Positions 58,086 to 64,000 of a DNA stretch of 64,000 bases are shown here, in pieces (position 1 is the first letter of the stretch; every line of letters starts with the position of its first letter). This DNA comes from an uncultured Candidatus Saccharibacteria bacterium. GTDB lineage: Bacteria > Patescibacteriota > Minisyncoccia > UBA6257 > GWB1-50-10. The stretch spans positions 13,222 to 77,221 of the forward strand of contig CAYUXY010000003.1 in assembly GCA_964449245.1 (NCBI GenBank), given 5' to 3'. Under the pieces are notes generated by a model, which was given only the letters and a program-made list of their open reading frames with translations, ran no database searches and had not been told where the DNA came from. Position numbers and translations under genes: made by a program.

Positions 58086-58116
58086 GGGACGTTGTAGTTG
58101 TCTAGAGAAGAAGCAT

Positions 58117-58638
58117 CTAATCCTCTTCGGCTTCTGACGCACAGGATATCCTTCCACCCTTGACCTGATCACGGAGTTCTCGAAGATCCAAAATCAGCGT
58201 ATCTGGGATGTCTCCTTCCATGTTGTGAGCTTCGATATAGGCGGCAGAACACACCTTATCTTCGAACGTGGGAAGGCGTTGTTCTTCTACTTGCTTCATG
58301 GATGATCGCTCCGCCTCTTCACGTATCAGAATTGGTAGGATGCGTGGATCATTCCATCGTCTCCCGCCATGATGCGTGAGATAGAATTTGATTGCATTGA
58401 AGTCTTTTTCACCAATCAAGCTATGAAGCATATCTTCCGCGAACGGTCTTCGAATGCGGTCTTTGATTATCTCAAGTTTGTCTGCAAACTTTGGATCTCG
58501 CGCACACTGGTTATAGACCGAATGTGGTGTGATATCGAGAATGCGACACGCGCCGGCGATCGAAGATGCTTGTTCGCTGAACACTTGGAGAAACCTCCTC
58601 CAAAAGTTAGGTGGAAGTTTTCTACCTTGAATAGCCAT
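58117..58638 (-). CDS. phage terminase small-subunit-like HTH protein
   Basis: 173 aa; N-terminal WRRFLQVFSEQASSIAGACRILDITPHSVYNQCARDPKFADKL HTH pattern common in TerS/phage DNA-packaging proteins; G/C-richer coding sequence than host genes. Confidence 0.4.
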   Translation of the reverse strand: MAIQGRKLPPNFWRRFLQVFSEQASSIAGACRILDITPHSVYNQCARDPKFADKLEIIKDRIRRPFAEDMLHSLIGEKDFNAIKFYLTHHGGRRWNDPRILPILIREEAERSSMKQVEEQRLPTFEDKVCSAAYIEAHNMEGDIPDTLILDLRELRDQVKGGRISCASEAEED

Positions 58639-58957
58639 ATTCAGTTATTGGAGTTGCCGTAGAGCTTAGCTATCGGCGTACGACTATGGACTCGTAGCTA
58701 AACCCATAGGGCTCTCGTGGCTCGTTGAGCGAGATGAGAGTTCTCCTATATTCTCTCTTTTCGCCTGAAGAATTCATTTAAGGAATTCCCGGGTCCGGGC
58801 TGCAGGATTATCCTTTTGGCTATCCTGGAACGATGTGCGGTCTCCGAAGAGATTATCGCCTCACGCCGGGGCCTCGATAGTTCTAGGTTCTCCCTTGTGT
58901 TTGTATTATATGAAATTCAAAACCCAAAGTTTATGGATGCCTGTGGACAAATTTTTA

Positions 58958-59818
58958 TCATCGCTGAATACCATCTTTTTCCTGGATTTTGCATTCTGTA
59001 ATTTTTAGAGTGGGAGGGGTCTGCTGCGATATTTTTTCATTAAATCCAACATGCAAGAAAGTTTCTTTATCCTGAAAACGATTAATACCAAAATCTTTCA
59101 AATAAATGGGTGGGGCCTGAAAGTCCTTACCTTTCGGTGTGTAAATTAGAAAAGCAGACGCAACCAAATGATCTGGTTTTTCAATAGTTTCGATCCGGAG
59201 CTTCACATCAGTGTTGGGCTTAACTGATCCTTGAAGATTTTTTCTTTCTTCATAGATTGGGGTACCTTTGTCTTTATAATTCCAATAAAGTGTTTGATTA
59301 TCTTGAGAACCAATCGCAAGACTCACTTCACTCCCCTCGACGTCCTTAAAAGCAACGATTGTGTTAAGCGGGACATCATTGTTTTGCTTGAAAATAAAAT
59401 CAAAAACAAAAAGATCTTTCACTGGTCGCTTAAACCTAATTAGTCCATCCTCACCCAGAATTTTGATATCCGAGTTATTAAAAACTAGGACATCTTTCAT
59501 ATCCCAAAGATGTTCTGATATCTCGTAACAATCCACTGTGTTTTCGCTACGAAGATTATCCAATTTAGAATTTATAGTATAAACTTCACCAAAAATCGAT
59601 TCTGAGATAGACGCTAGAAAATTAATTCTAGAGTCGGGATGAAAATGATCCCATACACTCAAAAACCCTGAGAATGCGCCAAAGGTCACCAAAAGGAGGG
59701 TGATAAAAAATATGTATCGAATTGTAAATGAAACGAATTTTGCCGTTTTCTTCCAACCCCTTTCTTCAAAAAAAGTCTGTAGGCGCCCCAATTGTTTTTT
59801 GAAGAAATTTTGAATCAT
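58958..59818 (-). CDS. hypothetical membrane-anchored protein
   Basis: 286 aa; TM helix at residues 36-58. Confidence 0.35.
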   Translation of the reverse strand: MIQNFFKKQLGRLQTFFEERGWKKTAKFVSFTIRYIFFITLLLVTFGAFSGFLSVWDHFHPDSRINFLASISESIFGEVYTINSKLDNLRSENTVDCYEISEHLWDMKDVLVFNNSDIKILGEDGLIRFKRPVKDLFVFDFIFKQNNDVPLNTIVAFKDVEGSEVSLAIGSQDNQTLYWNYKDKGTPIYEERKNLQGSVKPNTDVKLRIETIEKPDHLVASAFLIYTPKGKDFQAPPIYLKDFGINRFQDKETFLHVGFNEKISQQTPPTLKITECKIQEKDGIQR

Positions 59819-60813
59819 TGGTTAATAAATCCACCAGATGAAACGGTAAGATTGTCGATCTCAAAACTGGAACTCCCTGGCCACACAGCAAAACCCAAGG
59901 AGTCTTCCTTTCCCGAGATATATTCCGAATCAACAAATTTTAAAGTAGGCTCAGTATTAGAGATTTTCTTCGCATTTTCCTCGGTGCCCCCTTCAAAGAT
60001 GTAAACTGCATAACTATTGTTCTTCCTAGAGATGAAAACCGAATAAACTGAGCCGGCTTTCATCTTCGGACCAATGTTGCTCACCGGCTCGCCTGGACGG
60101 GGTGGTCCCTGAAGAAGCGTCACTCTTGAATTATTCCCATTACCAATAACTATACTGCGGCCACTTTCTAGAAAGTAGAAAACGAGATTGATAACATCTC
60201 CTTTAGGAATTAGATCGAAGGATGCAAAAACATCTGAGAATCGATAAAAGAAAGCCAACGAGGGATGCCCCTCTTTTGGGGAATTAGCAGATAACTTTCC
60301 ATTAGATACGTACCAAATATCTCGAGGTGTACCATCAGGTATCAAAAAGAATTGGGATTCTGATAGATTTCCATCAAAGGTATTTCTTATTCCTAAAGAA
60401 AATGCGTATGTATAAATTCTTTCTTTGCTATCATCGGTAACTGCTGTGACCGAGATATTATGAGGCCCAGGATCAAGTAAAAAAGGTAGAGTAACTTTTA
60501 AATTCCCTTTGGTATCTTTAATAGTTATTCCATCTAAAAGTGGAGTGCGTGTAAGAACGTCTAATTTTTGATCAATAACAACTTTTTGTATTTTCCATTT
60601 ATCTAGATAGGCAATTTCTATATCTGGCCGTAATGTATTTTCGATTATTAACGTACTCTGATTTTCCATCAGTGGTCTTTTTGCAATATATACGGAGACT
60701 TCGCTGTTTTGGATAAGAGGTAGTTTAGTTTCTGATTTTTGAACAATAAAAAACCACGCTACCAAAACGATAAAAATTACCCCGCCAATTATTACAAAAA
60801 GACTTTTGCGCAT
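59815..60813 (-). CDS. hypothetical membrane-anchored protein
   Basis: Start taken at MRKSLFVIIGG preceding a TM helix; track ORF extends 33 codons further upstream. Confidence 0.35.
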   Translation of the reverse strand: MRKSLFVIIGGVIFIVLVAWFFIVQKSETKLPLIQNSEVSVYIAKRPLMENQSTLIIENTLRPDIEIAYLDKWKIQKVVIDQKLDVLTRTPLLDGITIKDTKGNLKVTLPFLLDPGPHNISVTAVTDDSKERIYTYAFSLGIRNTFDGNLSESQFFLIPDGTPRDIWYVSNGKLSANSPKEGHPSLAFFYRFSDVFASFDLIPKGDVINLVFYFLESGRSIVIGNGNNSRVTLLQGPPRPGEPVSNIGPKMKAGSVYSVFISRKNNSYAVYIFEGGTEENAKKISNTEPTLKFVDSEYISGKEDSLGFAVWPGSSSFEIDNLTVSSGGFINQ

Positions 60814-60814
60814 A

Positions 60815-61270
60815 CTATTTCTTAAATAACTTCCGCACCCAAACAACTTCCGCCCACGCGAGAGAAATCGAGATGAGAAGGAAAGTTGCAATAGGCATCC
60901 AGATACTGCCATTGAATGAAATTATGAACGGCCACTTATAATATCCAGGAACCGGATTCTTCACGATTAAGGCGAAGAGAAGTATTGGAGTTATAAACAA
61001 TCCGATATTCAAAGAAATCGAATTTCGAATCCAGCGCAATGCCTTTTCAGCAACTTCTTCCCCTCGACCAATTGTGAGGTAGTTTATCAAGCAGAAAGCA
61101 ACGCCAATACCCCAAAAAAGCATATTGTTATTCGCTAGAGCCTCTTCGCTGCCAATGCTTTTGTAGAAGGCGTAGGTCATCGTCGCAAAGAAAATCTGAA
61201 CAGTAATAAGGAACTGAATCCGGTCCCGAATTTCCTTGATTAATTCGTTGCTGCCAACAGTGCTATCCAT
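60815..61270 (-). CDS. hypothetical polytopic membrane protein
   Basis: 151 aa; 4 predicted TM helices. Confidence 0.4.
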   Translation of the reverse strand: MDSTVGSNELIKEIRDRIQFLITVQIFFATMTYAFYKSIGSEEALANNNMLFWGIGVAFCLINYLTIGRGEEVAEKALRWIRNSISLNIGLFITPILLFALIVKNPVPGYYKWPFIISFNGSIWMPIATFLLISISLAWAEVVWVRKLFKK

Positions 61271-61308
61271 AACAAAAGAATAGCCACATTACACTTGGTT
61301 TGTCTATA

Positions 61309-61824
61309 TCACTCACACTTAGTGATATAGCTTTCGTAAAGCGGTTTTGCTTCGTCAAATACCGCCCGCACAAGCTTCATATTTATCTCCGAATCTGGCG
61401 CCGGGTTTTGTCCGAGTAAGAACTCGGCGCGTTTGTAGAGACTGACAATATCATTCGTCACGCCCCAATTGTCATATCCTCGTTTATCCGGAATCGTTTT
61501 GAAAAGTTTGTCGCATTCCTGCTTACTCGCGAGATCGGAGGTCTGAGCTTTAATATCCTCATTCTGAAGTTTTAGGTTTTCGTTTTCTAATCGGAGTCGT
61601 TCTATCTCAAGCTGTGCAGTGGTCACATCCTCGCTGGTTTGCGCTTGCTGCGTTTCGAGATTCTCTACGCGGCCGAGAAGCGAGTCGATTTGTTCGGCTA
61701 AGATCTGGACTGCTTCCGTTGGCGTCTTGCCCTGAATAAGAGAAACTGTGAATGAACTACCCAGTGCTACCACCGGAAGTCCTACAATCACCGCTAGGGT
61801 GATAACAAATATTTTCAATTTCAT
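61309..61824 (-). CDS. secreted coiled-coil protein
   Basis: Start at MKLKIFVITLAVIV (signal peptide); LETQQAQTSEDVTTAQLEIERLRLENENLKLQNEDIKAQ coiled coil. Confidence 0.35.
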   Translation of the reverse strand: MKLKIFVITLAVIVGLPVVALGSSFTVSLIQGKTPTEAVQILAEQIDSLLGRVENLETQQAQTSEDVTTAQLEIERLRLENENLKLQNEDIKAQTSDLASKQECDKLFKTIPDKRGYDNWGVTNDIVSLYKRAEFLLGQNPAPDSEINMKLVRAVFDEAKPLYESYITKCE

Positions 61825-61829
61825 AATAG

Positions 61830-62084
61830 TTATTGAAATTGCTGATCTATGCCATATCTCTCTCTGAGACACTGGTCATAGATCCGATCACTTGCGACCT
61901 TTCGCGCTGATTCGCTTATATAATTTCCACCACTCGTTTCACTCTTGGCACGCTGAGCACAATCAGAAATTGCATCCTTCGTATCCAGCATGTTCTTGGT
62001 TGCGATGATAAGAAAGACATTCAACACAAGTGAAATGCCAAGCAACGAGAAAAAGATTATTTTGGCTGTTTTAGTTTTGAACAT
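61830..62084 (-). CDS. small membrane protein
   Basis: 84 aa; N-terminal TM helix. Confidence 0.3.
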   Translation of the reverse strand: MFKTKTAKIIFFSLLGISLVLNVFLIIATKNMLDTKDAISDCAQRAKSETSGGNYISESARKVASDRIYDQCLRERYGIDQQFQ

Positions 62085-62103
62085 GGCTTTTAATTTGTAA
62101 GGT

Positions 62104-62213
62104 GCTGGCTAGAAACAAAAATCTGCTAGCCAGCGATCTCTTGCGAGACCCATACGAGTTTCCCCGTATGACGCTCAAACGTGCTCTGACTAGCAGATTT
62201 CTACGTTTGAGCG
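62104..62213. repeat. cluster of inverted repeats upstream of serine recombinase (candidate attachment/recombination site)
   Basis: gctggctag-N13-ctagccagc (62104-62134); catacg-N8-cgtatg (62151-62170); cgctcaaacgt-N20-acgtttgagcg (62172-62213); atctgctag / ctagcagat inverted pair. Confidence 0.3.
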
Positions 62214-62415
62214 TTTTAAGACCATGCCGCCAGACGAATCCGAGGGTTTAGGTCCCGCCTTACCGCTAAGTAAGGCTATTCAGTTGTTAATCCAATTTTA
62301 CCGCAATTCGACCTTTGAATCCATTACTCGCTTACTTCGGGATTTAAGTAAAGTAAGTTATCCACTTAGGACGTATGGACTTATCCGGTGGGTTCCGGCT
62401 TTGTTGTGTTGTATG

Positions 62416-63702
62416 GAAAATACCACAACAGAGCCAGTCCGTTACTGCCTATATGCCCGCAAATCAAGTGAAGCCGAGGAAAGACAAGCCCTTTCCATAG
62501 ACTCTCAGCTTAAGGAGATGCTTATCATAGCCCAACGCGATGGGCTGAATGTGGTCGATATATACAAAGAATCCCACTCGGCAAAAGAATGCGGCCAACG
62601 CCCAGTTTTCAACAAGCTCCTGATCGATATTCGAGAAGGAAAATTTAATGGAATTCTCGTATGGCACCCGGACAGACTCAGTAGAAATGCCGGCGACCTA
62701 GGAACGATTGTTGATCTACTTGATCAGAAAAAACTAGTGGAAATCAGAACATACAGTCAACGATTCACTAATAATCCAAACGAAAAGTTTCTACTGATGA
62801 TTCTTGGTTCTCAAGCGAAACTTGAGAACGACAACAAGAGCATAAATGTAAAACGTGGTCTCAAAACGAAATGCGAGCTTGGCCTATGGCCCAGTGTCGC
62901 TCCTACAGGATATCTAAATTCAAAAAATAAAGACCAGCCAGGGGTCGTCTTTGTGGACCCGGATCGAGCATCAACCATTAAAGAAGTTTTTAGCAAAGTA
63001 GCCTATGAGGGCTGGAGCGGCCGGAAAGTATATAGGTGGTTAAAAGACATCAAGTTTGTCTCTCGCAACGGAAAACCTCTTACACTTAGTAACATCTATG
63101 TGATTTTAAATAATCACTTCTACCATGGAACGTTTGAGTATCCACGCGGAAGCGGACGCTGGTTTCAAGGAAAACACATTCCACTTATTTCAAGAGATTT
63201 GTTTGATCAAGTGCAAAAGCAGTTACATCTACAGATAAAGGCAAAAAATCGAAATAAAGAATTTGCATTTACAAGACTTCTCTCCTGTGGAGCTTGCGGT
63301 TCTGGCATAACAGCACAGGAAAAATTTAAAACACTAAAAGATGGTTCGGTGGCTAAGTATATTTATTATGGATGTACCCGCTCAAGGGATATCAACTGCA
63401 AGGAAGGGTATGTTGAGGAACGGATACTTATCTCCCAACTTCTGGAGCTTATAGACCAGATCGACCTGGATAAATTAGGAGTGAGGCAAAAACTTGAGAA
63501 AGAAATTGAACGACACAAAAAATTTCACTCTCAGATCATGGGTATAAAAGAACAGAACTACGAAGCAAAAGATATAGATATAAGAAATTACGCAAAGTAC
63601 ATGCTCAACGAAGGTTCTATTTTTGAAAAGCGGGATTTATTAATGTGTCTTAAAACAAAATTGCTTTTGAAAGAGAAAAGGCTGCTTATATCCTTCGATT
63701 AG
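62416..63702 (+). CDS. large serine recombinase (resolvase catalytic domain + recombinase domain + zinc ribbon)
   Basis: Start taken at MENTTTEPVRYCLYARKSSEAEERQ (catalytic Ser in YARKSS); LVWHPDRLSRN; C-terminal CGACGS...YYGC zinc ribbon and coiled-coil region; track ORF starts at 62224. Confidence 0.85.
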   Translation, partial: ENTTTEPVRYCLYARKSSEAEERQALSIDSQLKEMLIIAQRDGLNVVDIYKESHSAKECGQRPVFNKLLIDIREGKFNGILVWHPDRLSRNAGDLGTIVDLLDQKKLVEIRTYSQRFTNNPNEKFLLMILGSQAKLENDNKSINVKRGLKTKCELGLWPSVAPTGYLNSKNKDQPGVVFVDPDRASTIKEVFSKVAYEGWSGRKVYRWLKDIKFVSRNGKPLTLSNIYVILNNHFYHGTFEYPRGSGRWFQGKHIPLISRDLFDQVQKQLHLQIKAKNRNKEFAFTRLLSCGACGSGITAQEKFKTLKDGSVAKYIYYGCTRSRDINCKEGYVEERILISQLLELIDQIDLDKLGVRQKLEKEIERHKKFHSQIMGIKEQNYEAKDIDIRNYAKYMLNEGSIFEKRDLLMCLKTKLLLKEKRLLISFD

Positions 63703-63938
63703 AGAGGATATTTGTAGATTTGTTTATAAATGTTTCGATAATTTTGGGTTATCTCCGCGTGTTCTGGACGATGAATCTCATTGAGATTTTCGGGCCAATA
63801 TTGTCTTTCACCCCAGGTTACAACTAGCAGTTTCTTTTTAGATTTCTTGAGAATCTCCTCTACAAAATTTTTCTTTAAATAAAGAACGTTCTCATGCGTG
63901 CCGTACTGATTCCCAGAGGTTACAGGCTTGCCGACCAC
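63699..63938 (-). CDS. hypothetical small protein
   Basis: 79-aa ORF overlapping the recombinase stop by 4 nt. Confidence 0.3.
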   Translation of the reverse strand: MVGKPVTSGNQYGTHENVLYLKKNFVEEILKKSKKKLLVVTWGERQYWPENLNEIHRPEHAEITQNYRNIYKQIYKYPL

Positions 63939-64000
63939 TTCTCCTTTTTCGGTGACGAGGTCAAAGGTCCCAGAAGCACAATGTAACTTGTGACGCTTCA

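Larger units (their letters stand above)
57590..63702. mobile_element. putative integrated element remnant (phage- or island-like): G/C-richer DNA, TerS-like gene, membrane-protein cargo, large serine recombinase
   Basis: Compositional shift relative to flanking genes, a recombinase at one end, a terminase-small-subunit-like gene, and inverted repeats next to the recombinase; boundaries are approximate. Confidence 0.35.

Noticed and set aside
58784-58805. GAATTC-CCGGG-tccggg-CTGCAG cluster (EcoRI/SmaI/PstI sites within 22 nt) resembling a cloning polylinker
   Set aside because: It does not match the common pUC/pBluescript multiple-cloning-site order. The flanking sequence is contiguous with a G/C-richer island-like region, and I recognise no vector backbone. 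Most likely chance in G/C-richer DNA, though a vector screen would settle it.
1-64000. CRISPR arrays, rRNA and tRNA genes
   Set aside because: I scanned all intergenic gaps over 80 nt. There are no regularly spaced direct repeats, no cloverleaf-compatible sequences (D-arm plus GTTCGAATC T-loop with a pairing acceptor), and no rRNA-like conserved blocks.
1-64000. Alternative genetic code (e.g. UGA recoding as in some CPR lineages)
   Set aside because: Highly conserved proteins (tuf, lepA, uvrA, ppsA, rplB) translate full-length with standard stops. The in-frame TAG and TAA next to the Cys-rich gene duplicates are better explained by duplication than by recoding.

Overview
This 64-kb window is low-GC and looks, by inference, like a compact Patescibacteria/CPR-type genome: genes are small, mostly on the minus strand, and often overlap by about 4 nt.

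Gene content, by position:
- 1-5.7 kb: a ribosomal/translation block (rplB partial, rplW, rplD, a shortened rplC, rpsJ, tuf, lepA).
- 5.7-10.7 kb: a cell-envelope glycan locus (DUF4012-like membrane protein, two GT4 glycosyltransferases, a small Und-P sugar phosphotransferase).
- 10.7-18 kb: ppsA, glycerate kinase, a thioredoxin-like/CcdA pair, gpsA and tsaC.
- 18.3-20.1 kb: a Cys-rich zinc-knuckle repeat protein whose ends are duplicated in-frame outside the gene.
- 20.3-26.4 kb: mnmA, efp, a VirD4/TraG-like coupling ATPase, def-fmt, DUF192 and DUF167.
- 26.4-37.9 kb: a DNA-repair cluster (nfo, a compact uvrC, uvrA, lexA with a candidate operator), plus a patatin-like gene, uppP and a large repeat-containing surface protein.
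- 30.9-31.7 kb: an array of three independently promoted and terminated micro-genes for small hydrophobic peptides.
- 38-53 kb: an MFS transporter, housekeeping enzymes, an oxidative pentose-phosphate operon (zwf-gnd-pgl), pepF and rsgA.
- 53-64 kb: an accessory region. It holds a restriction-modification module (C-protein, small putative endonuclease, and a C5-cytosine methyltransferase fused to a full-length LexA-like HTH + S24 autoprotease domain). Next comes a G/C-richer segment with no credible ORF, then a terminase-small-subunit-like HTH gene, several membrane proteins and a large serine recombinase; this looks like an integrated element remnant.

I found no rRNA, no convincing tRNA and no CRISPR array. 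Several short repeat modules recur in five intergenic regions.

The most novel-looking item is the LexA-methyltransferase fusion inside a C-controlled R-M system.
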